64,000 bases of DNA from an uncultured Candidatus Saccharibacteria bacterium (lineage in GTDB: Bacteria; Patescibacteriota; JAQUNI01), in contig CAZKRD010000002.1 in NCBI GenBank assembly GCA_964555185.1, positions 21,646-85,645 on the forward strand, in the 5' to 3' direction. Position numbers and translations under genes: made by a program. Under the pieces are notes generated by a model that ran no database searches, was not told the origin of the DNA, and saw only the letters and a program-made list of their open reading frames with translations. Below are positions 1 to 9,708 of the stretch, one piece after another. Position 1 is the first letter of the stretch. Each line of letters begins with the position of its first letter.

Positions 1-130
1 ACAATAACCCTGCCGGCAGGCAGGTTACAAACAATCACCAACGATTCAATGACCAATCACCAAACTTTTTGGTTATTGATGATTGGTGTTTGAAATTTGT
101 TTGGTGATTATATCTTGATTATTGGTTATT
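1..130. repeat. Family A heptamer hairpin element (AATAACC/CAATCAC arm, GGTTATT/GGTGATT arm) with nested CCTGCCGGCAGGCAGG at 9-24
   Basis: Inverted degenerate 7-mer arrays around CCAAAC..TTTGG; related to copies at 9135, 38214 and 61371. Confidence 0.75.
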
Positions 131-232
131 TTAAACTGTTGTATTGTTTTCATTCGTTTTCACTTCACCTAAGATCACCCTCTTGTTTCATTGTCAGATT
201 ATTATGAGCAACAATGAAACAATGCAAACTAT

Positions 233-901
233 ATGGGTCAAAAAGTTTCACCAATTTCATTCAGACTGGGCACACTCCAAACTTGGAAGTCCAAGTGGCT
301 TGTCCAAGGTAAAAATTACCGCAAATTTCTAGAAGAAGATGTTCGGATGCGGACTTTTGTTTTCAATAAATTAAAGGACGCGGCTATTGCCCGGATAGAC
401 ATTGAACGCTCACCGAATATGATCAACATCATTATTTCAAGTGGCCGGCCGGGTATGATTATTGGCCGGGGAGGGACAGGGATTGAAGATTTGAAGCGAG
501 GACTGCAGAAGTTGGTGCATAATAAGCCCTTGAAGGTGAGCGTAGAAGAGGTTTCCGACCCTGGAAGCAATGCCGTGCTGGTGGCGAGAATAATCGCGGA
601 AGCGCTTGAAAAAAGAATTCCTTTTCGGCGCGTAATCAAACAATCCCTGGAACGGACTCGGGAAAACCGGGGAGTTAAGGGAGTAAAGATTATGGTCGCC
701 GGGCGCCTTAACGGAGCGTCAATGAGCCGGCGCGAATGGGTGAGCTGGGGCGCGATCCCTTTGCATACTCTAAGAGCTGATATTGATTTTGCTAAAGATA
801 TTGCCCAGACCAAATATGGTACCCTGGGGATTAAGGTTTGGATCTATAAAGGAGAGGTGTTTGGAGATGGAAAGGAAGAACAGGCAATAAAGAAATCTTA
901 A
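233..901 (+). CDS. rpsC: 30S ribosomal protein S3
   Basis: MGQKVSPISFRLG N-terminus, GRPGMIIGRGG KH motif, PLHTLRADID, GIKVWIYKGE. Confidence 0.98.
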   Translation: MGQKVSPISFRLGTLQTWKSKWLVQGKNYRKFLEEDVRMRTFVFNKLKDAAIARIDIERSPNMINIIISSGRPGMIIGRGGTGIEDLKRGLQKLVHNKPLKVSVEEVSDPGSNAVLVARIIAEALEKRIPFRRVIKQSLERTRENRGVKGVKIMVAGRLNGASMSRREWVSWGAIPLHTLRADIDFAKDIAQTKYGTLGIKVWIYKGEVFGDGKEEQAIKKS

Positions 902-973
902 CCTTGAATTTAACTTTGAATTTTGCCTGCCTGCCGAAGCCTTGGCGCAGGCAGGAACTTTAAACTTTGAACT
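900..973. repeat. Family D heptamer array (TTTGAAC/TTTAACT) with nested 30-bp CCTGCCTGCCGAAGCCTTGGCGCAGGCAGG
   Basis: Seen directly between rpsC and rplP. Confidence 0.75.
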
Positions 974-978
974 AATTT

Positions 979-1395
979 ATGCTGATACCGAGAAAAGTAA
1001 AACACAGAAAACATCACCGGGGCGTGATGCGCGGCAAGACAAAAGGAGCAAGCACCTTGTCTTTTGGTTCTTACGGTTTAAAGGCTTTGGGGAACGTTTG
1101 GTTGACTTCGCGCCAGATTGAAGCGGCAAGGCGGGCGATGACCCGTTTTGTTCAAAGAGGGGGCAAGATTTGGATTAGGGTTTTTCCAGACAAGGCTGTG
1201 ACCAAGAAAGGAGCCGAGGTCGCTATGGGCAAAGGCAAGGGCGCGGTGGATCATTTTGTGGCGGTAGTGCTGGCGGGTCGGATCATCTTTGAAATGGACG
1301 GCATTCCCAAAAAGACAGCCCAGGAAGCAATGCGCCTGGCAGCACACAAACTTCCAATCAAAACCAGGTTTGTCAGCAAGACAGGTCGTGATTAG
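979..1395 (+). CDS. rplP: 50S ribosomal protein L16
   Basis: [25 protein letters not shown] motifs; operon position. Confidence 0.98.
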   Translation: MLIPRKVKHRKHHRGVMRGKTKGASTLSFGSYGLKALGNVWLTSRQIEAARRAMTRFVQRGGKIWIRVFPDKAVTKKGAEVAMGKGKGAVDHFVAVVLAGRIIFEMDGIPKKTAQEAMRLAAHKLPIKTRFVSKTGRD

Positions 1396-1510
1396 TTCTT
1401 GCGAAGATTGTAGATTTTTTAGGACAGAAAATCATTCTTTAAATTTATAAGCGGGACTTCTGTAAAAACCTAAAGTTTTTGCGGAGTTCAAAATCTGGGG
1501 TATAAATTAA

Positions 1511-1705
1511 ATGGATATTAAGGAGTTGGGTCGTAAAAACATTTCAGAATTAAGAAGAGAGTTGGCGATCAAGCGCAATCAGCTTCGCGAAGTTAGATTT
1601 AAGTTAAAAAAAGATGAGACCAAGGATGTGCGGGAAACGCGAAAGATCCGGAGATCAATCGCCCAAATCCTTACTATTTTAAATAGGAAAAAGGGTGCAA
1701 ATTAA
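1511..1705 (+). CDS. rpmC: 50S ribosomal protein L29
   Basis: 64 aa, RKIRRSIAQILTILN; lies between rplP and rpsQ. Confidence 0.93.
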   Translation: MDIKELGRKNISELRRELAIKRNQLREVRFKLKKDETKDVRETRKIRRSIAQILTILNRKKGAN

Positions 1706-1725
1706 ATCGATCATAACTAACCCTT

Positions 1726-1983
1726 ATGAAAGCTAACCAAAAAAAAATTACTAAGCGATCGCGGGAGGGGGTTGTTGTTTCAGATAAAATGGAGAAGACT
1801 GTGGTTGTGGCTGTCAGTCGGAGCAAGGTTCACCCTAAATATTTAAAGCGGTATCGGATTACGAAGAAATTCAAGGCCCATGATCAGAAGAATGAATATA
1901 AGGTGGGCGATAAGGTTTTAATCTGTGAGTGCCGGCCTTTATCGCGCGAGAAGAGATGGCGGGTGGTCAAGAAGATAACTTAA
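1726..1983 (+). CDS. rpsQ: 30S ribosomal protein S17
   Basis: [28 protein letters not shown]. Confidence 0.97.
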   Translation: MKANQKKITKRSREGVVVSDKMEKTVVVAVSRSKVHPKYLKRYRITKKFKAHDQKNEYKVGDKVLICECRPLSREKRWRVVKKIT

Positions 1984-1986
1984 TTT

Positions 1987-2361
1987 ATGATTCAAGAACA
2001 AAGCAGATTAAAAATAGCTGATAATACGGGCGCCAAGATGATTAAATGTCTCAAGGTTTTGGGTGGGTCAAGGGTTAGATTTGCGCGGATCGGGGATGTG
2101 ATTACCGCTTCTGTTTTGGAGGCTTCTCCTCACACCCAGATTCGGGAGCACGCGGTGGTTCATGCGGTGATTGTCCGTCAGAAAAAGGAATACGGTCGAG
2201 CCGATGGCTCCTATATTCGCTTCGATGAAAACGCGGCTGTCATTTTAGAATCCCGGGAAAGTAAAAATCATTTAGGCACCCGTATCTTCGGGCCAGTGCC
2301 GCGGGAGTTGAAGGCGCGGGGTTTTAACAAGATCGTCTCGTTAGCTCCAGAGGTATTGTAA
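1987..2361 (+). CDS. rplN: 50S ribosomal protein L14
   Basis: [41 protein letters not shown]. Confidence 0.98.
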   Translation: MIQEQSRLKIADNTGAKMIKCLKVLGGSRVRFARIGDVITASVLEASPHTQIREHAVVHAVIVRQKKEYGRADGSYIRFDENAAVILESRESKNHLGTRIFGPVPRELKARGFNKIVSLAPEVL

Positions 2362-2399
2362 TTCATAATCTTGTCACTAATAATCCTTAATGAGAATCC

Positions 2400-2708
2400 A
2401 TGAAGATTAAAAAAGGCGACAATGTGCTTGTTGTTTCAGGGAAAGACAGGGGCAAAAAAGGGAAAGTAACCCATTGTTTGCATGCTGAAAACAAGGTTAT
2501 TGTAGAGGGGGTTAATCTTGTTGTTCGTCATACGCGGCCCAAGCGGCAGGGAGAGAAAGGACAGAAGGTTGAAATTGCCACTCCTCTTGATGTTTCTAAT
2601 CTGCGGTTAATTTGTCCCAAGTGCGGCAAGCCTGCGCGTGTTGGGCTTAAGGTCTTAGAGGATAAAACAAAGAAGAGGGTATGTAAGAAATGCAAACAAT
2701 TATTTTAA
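2400..2708 (+). CDS. rplX: 50S ribosomal protein L24
   Basis: KKGDNVLVVSGKDRGKKG KOW motif; C-terminal CxxC..CxxC. Confidence 0.97.
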   Translation: MKIKKGDNVLVVSGKDRGKKGKVTHCLHAENKVIVEGVNLVVRHTRPKRQGEKGQKVEIATPLDVSNLRLICPKCGKPARVGLKVLEDKTKKRVCKKCKQLF

Positions 2709-2726
2709 AGATGAAATAATGCTTTT

Positions 2727-3266
2727 ATGACCAGATTAAAGAAAAAATATATTAAAGAAGTTATTCCTGAAATGAAGAAACGTTTTGGTTACGAGAATGA
2801 CCTGATCGTGCCTGAAATTATTAAGGTAGTGATTAATTTAGGCACTTCGCGCGCCCTGAAAGAGCCGAAGGTTTTAGAGATGATGAAAAAAAATTTGGGC
2901 GTGATTACCGGCCAAAAGCCGGTGGTAACGCGAGCCAAGAATTCTATTGCGGGATTTAAAGTAAGAGAGGGTATGGTTGTTGGACTGAAGGTGACTCTGC
3001 GCGGTCTCCGGATGTGTGAATTTTTGGATAAACTAGTGAACATTGCCTTGCCTCGGGTGCGAGATTTCCGTGGACTTGGATCCAAAACTCTAGATCAAAG
3101 CGGTAATTGCACGATCGGCATTGTTGAGTGCACGGTTTTTCCAGAGATTGACCCTAATAAAGTGGAAGTAATTCATGGCCTGGAAGTCTGTATTGTGAAT
3201 AATGCTAAAACCCACGAGGAAGGATTAACGTTGTTAAAATTATTGGGCTTTCCCTTTCAAACTTGA
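2727..3266 (+). CDS. rplE: 50S ribosomal protein L5
   Basis: ITGQKPVVTRAKNSIAGFKVREG, LPRVRDFRG. Confidence 0.98.
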   Translation: MTRLKKKYIKEVIPEMKKRFGYENDLIVPEIIKVVINLGTSRALKEPKVLEMMKKNLGVITGQKPVVTRAKNSIAGFKVREGMVVGLKVTLRGLRMCEFLDKLVNIALPRVRDFRGLGSKTLDQSGNCTIGIVECTVFPEIDPNKVEVIHGLEVCIVNNAKTHEEGLTLLKLLGFPFQT

Positions 3267-3382
3267 AACTTGTAACCTATAACGTGTAACCCAAGGATTG
3301 ATTTTTTTGTAACTTGAGTTACAAGTTATAGGTTACAAGTTTCAAGTTATAGGTTACAGGTTACAAGCTATAAGTTACAAGA
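3265..3382. repeat. Family B heptamer hairpin element ((TGTAACY)n - AACCCAAG..CTTGAGTT - (TTACARG)n)
   Basis: Fills the whole rplE-rpsN spacer from the stop codon to just before the ATG. Confidence 0.85.
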
Positions 3383-3384
3383 TC

Positions 3385-3570
3385 ATGGCGAAAAAATCTT
3401 GGATTGCCAAATCTAAAAAGAAACCGAAGTACAAAACGCGGATTGTAAGGCGGTGTTGGCGCTGTGGCCGTCGACGCGGTTATCTGCGGGATTTTGGTTT
3501 ATGTCGAATTTGTTTTCGAGAATTGGCAAGTCAAGGAGAGATCCCGGGAATCAAAAAGTCTTCTTGGTAA
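3385..3570 (+). CDS. rpsN: 30S ribosomal protein S14, zinc-binding type
   Basis: 61 aa, [26 protein letters not shown]. Confidence 0.97.
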   Translation: MAKKSWIAKSKKKPKYKTRIVRRCWRCGRRRGYLRDFGLCRICFRELASQGEIPGIKKSSW

Positions 3571-3605
3571 ATAGAATAATTTTTAACTTTCAACTTCATT
3601 AAACT

Positions 3606-4001
3606 ATGATCAATGATCCCATCGCCGATATGCTGATTCGGATTAAGAACGGTTTAGCGGTGCAAAAAAAAGAAGTAGTTATCCCTATGTCCAAGATCAA
3701 GCTGGAGCTTACTGGGATTTTGAAAGAAGAGGGTTATATTGAGGATTACGTCTCCGAGGGCAAAGATTTTCAAGATGGAATTAGAATAATCTTAGGATCA
3801 GAGAGCGCAAGCAAGCCAAGAATCAGGGAATTAGTGCGGATTAGCAAACCAGGACGGAGGATTTATCGAGGCTACAATGAGATCGGTAGAGTCAAGGAAG
3901 GAATGGGCATCTCGATAATTTCCACGTCAGAAGGGTTGATGACTGGGGAAAAGGCGCGTGAAAAAAAGCTGGGAGGAGAGCTGATCTGCGAAGTATTTTA
4001 G
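3606..4001 (+). CDS. rpsH: 30S ribosomal protein S8
   Basis: DPIADMLIRIKN, RISKPGRRIY, ISTSEG, GGELICEV. Confidence 0.98.
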   Translation: MINDPIADMLIRIKNGLAVQKKEVVIPMSKIKLELTGILKEEGYIEDYVSEGKDFQDGIRIILGSESASKPRIRELVRISKPGRRIYRGYNEIGRVKEGMGISIISTSEGLMTGEKAREKKLGGELICEVF

Positions 4002-4071
4002 AAAGCACAAGGTGCGAAGTAAAATTGATATTCGCTTTACGTTTTTCGCCTTATACCCTACACTTACGTTT

Positions 4072-4635
4072 ATGTCCAGGATCGGTAAAAAACCAATAAC
4101 AATTCCGGAAGGAATAGAGGTCGGAATTAAAGATAACAAGATTACAGTCAAGGGACCAAAGGGTTCTCTGGATTTGGTTTTTGATCCTAAGATTTTAGTA
4201 GAGAAAAAAAAGGAAGAGATTCTAGTTTCTATCTTGAAGCCTGATCAGAAACAGAAAAAGCCAAGGGCTTTGTGGGGATTGACGCGAAGTTTGATTAACA
4301 ATAACGTGATCGGGGTGAGCAAAGGATTCAAAAAAGAGCTTGAGATTCAAGGGGTGGGCTATCGGGCGAGTATTCAAGATCAGAAACTCATTTTGGAGCT
4401 TGGTTTTTCTCACTCGATTGAGTACGAGATTCCAGAAGGCATTAAAGTTAAGATTGAAAAGAATATTATTTCGGTAAGCGGGATAGACAAACAGAAAGTG
4501 GGACAGGTAGCTGCGGAGATCAGATCTTTTCGCAAACCAGAACCCTACAAGGGCAAAGGCATTCGTTATCTGGGCGAACAGGTTCGTCGGAAAGTAGGCA
4601 AGAAGGCAGTGGCTGAAGAAGGGACGGGGGCATAG
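4072..4635 (+). CDS. rplF: 50S ribosomal protein L6
   Basis: Start moved to MSRIGKKPI; GVGYRA, RKPEPYKGKGIRY. Confidence 0.97.
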   Translation: MSRIGKKPITIPEGIEVGIKDNKITVKGPKGSLDLVFDPKILVEKKKEEILVSILKPDQKQKKPRALWGLTRSLINNNVIGVSKGFKKELEIQGVGYRASIQDQKLILELGFSHSIEYEIPEGIKVKIEKNIISVSGIDKQKVGQVAAEIRSFRKPEPYKGKGIRYLGEQVRRKVGKKAVAEEGTGA

Positions 4636-4728
4636 AATTTTTAATTTTTAATTTTCAAACAATTTTTAATGTTTCAATTTAGAAATTAAAGAATTGAAAC
4701 ATTGTTTAGAAATTGAAAATTGAAAATT
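4636..4728. repeat. Family C hairpin element (TTTTCAA/TTGAAAA units)
   Basis: Inverted AT-rich 7/8-mer arrays between rplF and rplR. Confidence 0.7.
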
Positions 4729-4734
4729 ACTCCC

Positions 4735-5121
4735 ATGAAAATTCAAGAAAAAAGAAGAAGATTAGCAAGACGCAAAAAGAGAGTGAGGGCGAAAGTAAGA
4801 GGGACAAAAACCATTCCCCGGCTTTCGGTTTACCGCAGTCTTTCTCATATTTATGCCCAAATCATTGACGACCGGAAAGGGGCGACTTTAGTGAGCGCCG
4901 ATGATCAAAAAATTGTTCCTCAAAAGATAAGGCAAACAGAGAAAGGAAAGGTTAAGAGATCTAAAAGAGAGGAGATCGCTTTTCGGGTAGGCGAGCTGAT
5001 TGCCCAGAAAGCAAAGAGGGAGAAAATCAAGAAGGTAGTATTTGATCGCGGGGGCAGGGTTTACCATGGCCAGGTTAAAGCCTTGGCAGAAGGCGCTCGG
5101 GAGGGTGGTTTACAATTTTAA
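4735..5121 (+). CDS. rplR: 50S ribosomal protein L18
   Basis: [34 protein letters not shown]; upstream TTG start lies in the repeat, so ATG 4735 preferred. Confidence 0.97.
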   Translation: MKIQEKRRRLARRKKRVRAKVRGTKTIPRLSVYRSLSHIYAQIIDDRKGATLVSADDQKIVPQKIRQTEKGKVKRSKREEIAFRVGELIAQKAKREKIKKVVFDRGGRVYHGQVKALAEGAREGGLQF

Positions 5122-5141
5122 ATCCCAGAATTTTTAAAGAT

Positions 5142-5648
5142 ATGCACAAGAAGTTTAGTAAAAAAACCAGCAGAAGAAGACCCAAAGAGTTTGATCAGAA
5201 GCTTATTGATTTGGCGCGGGTTACGCGCGTGGTAGCCGGGGGCCGTCGTTTTCGTTTTCGGGCAACTTTAGTAATCGGCGATAAAAAGGGGAGAGTAGGG
5301 ATTGGGACGGCGAAGGGGAGCGATGTTGCTATTGCCGTGGAAAAGGCTTATGCTCAAGCTAATAAGAATTTGCAGAAGATGCAGAAGATAGTGATGGACA
5401 AGAACACGATTCCGCATCAAGTGGAGCTCAAGTTTAAAAGCGCTAGAGTTTTATTAAGACCGGCTCGTCAAGGAACAGGGATTATTGCCGGTGGTCCGGT
5501 GCGGGCCGTAGTCGAATTAGCCGGGATTAAAGATATTGTAAGCAAGATGCTCGGAAGTAATAATAAGATTAATAATGCGCAGGCTACTTTAAAAGCCCTG
5601 ATAAGCCTAGAGTCAGCCGAAGATGTTCGGGCGAGGAGAGGTAGGTAA
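5142..5648 (+). CDS. rpsE: 30S ribosomal protein S5
   Basis: RVTRVVAGGRRFRF, PARQGTGIIAGG. Confidence 0.98.
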   Translation: MHKKFSKKTSRRRPKEFDQKLIDLARVTRVVAGGRRFRFRATLVIGDKKGRVGIGTAKGSDVAIAVEKAYAQANKNLQKMQKIVMDKNTIPHQVELKFKSARVLLRPARQGTGIIAGGPVRAVVELAGIKDIVSKMLGSNNKINNAQATLKALISLESAEDVRARRGR

Positions 5649-5817
5649 TTTTCAATTTTCAAATCCCAATGTTCAATCAAATCCCAATTTTCGAATAGAT
5701 TTAATTTTCAAACAGTTTGAACATTTAGTCATTGGTTATTGAAAATTGATTGAAAATTGGTACTTGAAAATTGAAAATTGATTAGTACATTGGTACTTGA
5801 AAATTGAAAATTAAAAT
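5647..5817. repeat. Family C hairpin element occupying the position where rpmD usually lies
   Basis: 5694-5750 is identical to 10480-10536 (57 bp). Confidence 0.85.
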
Positions 5818-5818
5818 T

Positions 5819-6265
5819 ATGTCCTTAAATCTCCACAATTTGGAATCACCAACAAGGAATAAAAAGAAGAAACGTTTGGGCCGCGGCAATGCTTCGGGTC
5901 ATGGTACTTATAGCGGCAGAGGAATGAAGGGCCAACGTTCTCGTTCCGGCGGCAAAAGGAAAGCAGGGGCCCGTTCACCTTTCTTGAAGCAATTGCCGAA
6001 ACTGAAAGGCTTTAAATCAAAGAAACCGAAAGCGAGTGTTGTTAATCTGGGGATGCTTAATAACAGGTTTGAAGATGGCAGTGAAGTTAATCCCAAGACA
6101 TTGTTCCAGGCGGGATTAATTGATAACATTAAGATAGAGGTAAAGATTTTAGGGCAGGGAGAGCTGAAGCTTAAGAATCTGCGGGTGTCCGGATGCAGAA
6201 TGTCTAAATCCGCCAAGGGAAAGATCAAGAAGCAAAAGGGTAAAATTTTTAAAATTAAAAATTAA
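5819..6265 (+). CDS. rplO: 50S ribosomal protein L15
   Basis: KRLGRGNASGHGTYSGRGMKGQRSRSG, LPKLKGF; ATG 5819 preferred. Confidence 0.97.
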   Translation: MSLNLHNLESPTRNKKKKRLGRGNASGHGTYSGRGMKGQRSRSGGKRKAGARSPFLKQLPKLKGFKSKKPKASVVNLGMLNNRFEDGSEVNPKTLFQAGLIDNIKIEVKILGQGELKLKNLRVSGCRMSKSAKGKIKKQKGKIFKIKN

Positions 6266-6285
6266 AAATTGAAAATTAGTAATCC

Positions 6286-7566
6286 ATGCCTTCTTTAGAT
6301 AAATTCATCCGTATCTTTAAGATTAGGGACTTGCGTAAGAAGATATTCTTTGTTTTAGCAATGCTGGTCGTTTTCCGGATCGCCGCCCATATCCCCGTGC
6401 CGGGCGTGGATCGAGAGGCTCTTTCCGAGTTTTTTTCCGGGAATCAGTTTTTTGGTCTTTTAGATATTTTTTCTGGAGGCGGACTGTCTCGGTTTTCAGT
6501 GGTGATGTTAGGTATCGGCCCCTATATTACGGCTTCGATTATCTTTCAGCTTTTAACCATGCTGATTCCGCGCCTCGAGGAACTGTCTCGCGAGGGCGAG
6601 TCGGGCCGGCGCAAGATCAACCAATGGACCCGTTACTTGACGGTGCCCTTGGCCGCGATGCAGACCTATGCGATGATTAATCTGCTTAATCGGGGAGCCC
6701 AGCCAGTGATTACAGACACCTCTTTTCTAAATCTCGCTACGATTATTTTGACCGTTGTCGGCGGGACCTTGTTTTTGATGTGGATCGGTGAGTTGATTAC
6801 CGAGAGAGGGATTGGCAACGGTGTTTCTTTGATTATTTTTTCGGGTATTATTTCGCGGATTCCAAGCGCGCTTCAGCAGACCTTTGCGGTTTTTGACGCT
6901 TCCCAGGCGATCAACCTGATTGTTTTTGTTGTGATCGCTGTTTTGGTCATTGCCGGCATTGTTTTTATTACCCAAGGCCAGCGCAATATTCCCGTGGTTT
7001 ATGCTAAAAGGGTGCGCGGGATGCGGATGTACGGCGGTACTTCCACCCACCTTCCTCTGCGGATTAACCAAGCCGGTGTAATCCCGATCATCTTCGCTCT
7101 CTCAATAATGCTTCTCCCGGGAATGGTCGCCAATTTTTTTGTTGCCTCCAGTGTTCCTTGGCTGGCTAGATTTGCTCAAGGGGTGACCAATCTTTTCCAG
7201 AACCAATTATTTTATGGCGCGATTTATTTTGTGATGGTGATTCTGTTTACTTATTTTTACACCGCTGTTACCTTTAACCCCCAGCAGATTTCCGAGAATG
7301 TCCAAAAGCAGGGTGGTTTTATCCCAGGGATTAGGCCGGGCCGGGCCACTGCCGAATATCTCTACAAAGTATTAAACAGGATTACCTTGGCCGGGGCGAT
7401 TTTTTTGGGCCTAGTTGCGATCCTGCCTTTTATTGCGCAGGCCCTAACCCGGATTCAGACTTTAACTATTGGCGGTACAGGTATTTTGATTGTGGTTAGC
7501 GTAGTTTTAGAGACGATCAAGCAGATCAAGGCCCAGGTGCAGATGAGGGAATACGACAGTTTCTAA
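6286..7566 (+). CDS. secY: Preprotein translocase subunit SecY
   Basis: LGIGPYITASII, GIGNGVSLIIF, AGVIPIIFA, FIPGIRPG, GGTGILIVV. Confidence 0.99.
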   Translation: MPSLDKFIRIFKIRDLRKKIFFVLAMLVVFRIAAHIPVPGVDREALSEFFSGNQFFGLLDIFSGGGLSRFSVVMLGIGPYITASIIFQLLTMLIPRLEELSREGESGRRKINQWTRYLTVPLAAMQTYAMINLLNRGAQPVITDTSFLNLATIILTVVGGTLFLMWIGELITERGIGNGVSLIIFSGIISRIPSALQQTFAVFDASQAINLIVFVVIAVLVIAGIVFITQGQRNIPVVYAKRVRGMRMYGGTSTHLPLRINQAGVIPIIFALSIMLLPGMVANFFVASSVPWLARFAQGVTNLFQNQLFYGAIYFVMVILFTYFYTAVTFNPQQISENVQKQGGFIPGIRPGRATAEYLYKVLNRITLAGAIFLGLVAILPFIAQALTRIQTLTIGGTGILIVVSVVLETIKQIKAQVQMREYDSF

Positions 7567-7657
7567 TTCCCAATTTCCAATGACCAATTTCCAAATAATT
7601 TCCAATATTAAAATTTCCAAACAGTTTGGAAATTGAAAATTGGTAATTGGAAATTTT
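7565..7657. repeat. Family C hairpin element (TTTCCAA/TTGGAAA variant)
   Basis: Inverted arrays around TTTCCAAACAGTTTGGAAA. Confidence 0.75.
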
Positions 7658-7712
7658 GAACTTCACAGTAAAGAAAATTTTAGATTATAGATAGATATAA
7701 TAGTTTTGAACT

Positions 7713-8399
7713 ATGTTAAATATTATCATCATGGGTCCCCAGGGTTCGGGCAAGGGGACCCAGGCAAAGCTTTTAGCTTCAAAATATGATCTGGAGCATG
7801 TTGAACCTGGGAAGATGCTGCGGGCTTTTGCCAAAGGAAAGGATGCTAAAGCCAGAAAAATAAACAACTACTTATTGCAAGGGAAATTAGTGCCGAGCGA
7901 TTTTCTGTTTTTTGAAATTTTTAAACCAAAACTTGCCAAATTAGATGATCAGAGGGGCTTGATTTTTGACGGCGCCCCGCGGGAATTAAAACAGGCTGAA
8001 TATTTAGAGGAGATGATGGATTCTTTGAACCGCGAGATTAGTTATGTTTTTTATGTCAAAATTTCCCCTGAAGAAACCCATAAGCGCTTGGGTAAGAGAC
8101 TGACCTGTCAGGATTGCGGCCGGTCTCTGATTTTGGGCACGGATGCCAAAAGTAAAAAAGACAAGTGTCCCCATTGTGGAGGCGCTTTGTATCAGAGAAA
8201 AGATGATACAAAAACAGGGATCAAGAAGAGATTAGAGGTGTTTTCTAAAGAGACTATTCCCGTGATTCGGTATTTCCAAAAGAAATATAGAGTGATTGAG
8301 ATTGCGGGAGAGCAGAGTATTCAAGCGGTGCACAAAGAGATTGTTAAGCATATTAAACAAGATTTTGATGGTTATTCTAAAGAGCCCGGAGGAGATTAG
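7713..8399 (+). CDS. adk: Adenylate kinase with zinc lid
   Basis: GPQGSGKGTQA P-loop, CQDC..CPHC lid, QRKDD. Confidence 0.95.
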   Translation: MLNIIIMGPQGSGKGTQAKLLASKYDLEHVEPGKMLRAFAKGKDAKARKINNYLLQGKLVPSDFLFFEIFKPKLAKLDDQRGLIFDGAPRELKQAEYLEEMMDSLNREISYVFYVKISPEETHKRLGKRLTCQDCGRSLILGTDAKSKKDKCPHCGGALYQRKDDTKTGIKKRLEVFSKETIPVIRYFQKKYRVIEIAGEQSIQAVHKEIVKHIKQDFDGYSKEPGGD

Positions 8400-9111
8400 G
8401 ACGATGCGGCAGGGAGGAAAGATCCTTGCCCAGATTCTAAAAAGAGTGAGCCGGGCAACAAAACCAGGAGCTCGGGCAGGTGATTTGAATGATTTGGCTG
8501 AAGCCTTGATTAGAAAAAACAAAACTCAAGCCTCATTTAAAGATTACCAGGGATTTCCGGCTTCTCTTTGTGTTTCAATAAATAACGAGGTTGTTCATGG
8601 CGTACCCAACGGCAAGGTGATTAAAGCCGGGAATGTGGTTGGTTTGGATCTAGGAATTAAACACAAGAATTTGTACACAGATGCCGCTTTGACCGTAGTT
8701 GCGGGCAGGGGTTCGGAGAAACTCAAAAATTTTGTTTTAACCTGCAAACAAGCGTTGAATCGAGGCATTGCCCAAGTAAAACCGGGTAATCACATTGGCG
8801 ATATTTCCTGGGCAATTCAGTGTTTGGTGGAAAGACGAGGTTATTCCGTAGTGAGAGAGCTTGTTGGGCATGGGGTTGGCCACAAGGTGCACGAGGAGCC
8901 CCGGATACCTAATTACGGCAGAAAGGGAGAAGGGATTGTTTTAAAGGTTGGGATGACCCTCTGTTTAGAGCCGATGATTAACATGGGAGGAGCGAAGATA
9001 ACCCTAGCTCCTGATGGCCACACTTTCCAAACCGCTGATCAGAGTTTGGCTGCTCATTTTGAACACACCGTGGCGGTGACAAAGAAAGGGTGTTTGGTTT
9101 TGACAGAATAA
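8368..9111 (+). CDS. map: Methionine aminopeptidase type I
   Basis: MVILKS start, CVSINNEVVHGVP, GHGVGHKVHEEP, AAHFEHT. Confidence 0.97.
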   Translation: MVILKSPEEIRTMRQGGKILAQILKRVSRATKPGARAGDLNDLAEALIRKNKTQASFKDYQGFPASLCVSINNEVVHGVPNGKVIKAGNVVGLDLGIKHKNLYTDAALTVVAGRGSEKLKNFVLTCKQALNRGIAQVKPGNHIGDISWAIQCLVERRGYSVVRELVGHGVGHKVHEEPRIPNYGRKGEGIVLKVGMTLCLEPMINMGGAKITLAPDGHTFQTADQSLAAHFEHTVAVTKKGCLVLTE

Positions 9112-9134
9112 CTTTTAACAAATTTTGTTATTTG

Positions 9135-9260
9135 AATAACCAATCACCAAGATACAAGATACAAACAAATTTCAATAACCAATAATCAATAACCAAACGG
9201 TTTGGTTATTGGTGATTGAATGATTGGTTCTTGTTTGTAACTTGGTTATTGGTGATTTTG
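9135..9260. repeat. Family A hairpin element
   Basis: 9154-9185 is the exact reverse complement of 38273-38304 (32 bp). Confidence 0.85.
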
Positions 9261-9262
9261 AG

Positions 9263-9649
9263 ATGTCTTTCCTCGCCATTGATTTCGGTGAAAAATATAT
9301 CGGCCTTGCTGTCAGCGATCCTAAAAACAGAATTGCTTTAGGTTTGGCTACATTAGAGAATAAAAGCGAAACAGAGATAGTTCATAAATTATCCTTAATT
9401 TGTCGAGAGAGACTTGTGGAAAAGATTATTATCGGTTTACCTAAGTCATTGTCCGGTGGTGATTCTGAACAGACCAAAAAGGTGCGTAAATTTGCCGAAT
9501 ATGTTAAAATAAAATTAGGTCTGCCCGTAGTTTTGGAAGACGAACGTTTGACTTCCAAGCAGGCCCAGAAATTGAAGGTAAGTGATTTAGACCAGATGAG
9601 CGCGTGTTTGATTCTGCAGACATATTTGGATAGAGCTGGTAATTTGTAA
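9263..9649 (+). CDS. ruvX: YqgF/RuvX pre-16S rRNA nuclease family protein
   Basis: LAIDFGEKYIGLAVSD, IIIGLP, DERLTS. Confidence 0.92.
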   Translation: MSFLAIDFGEKYIGLAVSDPKNRIALGLATLENKSETEIVHKLSLICRERLVEKIIIGLPKSLSGGDSEQTKKVRKFAEYVKIKLGLPVVLEDERLTSKQAQKLKVSDLDQMSACLILQTYLDRAGNL

Positions 9650-9680
9650 CGTGTAACTCGTAACCTGTAACCCAAGGATT
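9644..9680. repeat. Family B half element (left arm plus AACCCAAG only)
   Basis: TTGTAAC GTGTAAC TCGTAAC CTGTAAC CCAAGGATTT. Confidence 0.75.
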
Positions 9681-9708
9681 TTATATTATCATTGATTATT
9701 TGATTATT

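Noticed and set aside
7700-7722. dif-like CTATGTTAAAT
   Set aside because: It is the adk start codon region and lacks a matching left arm.
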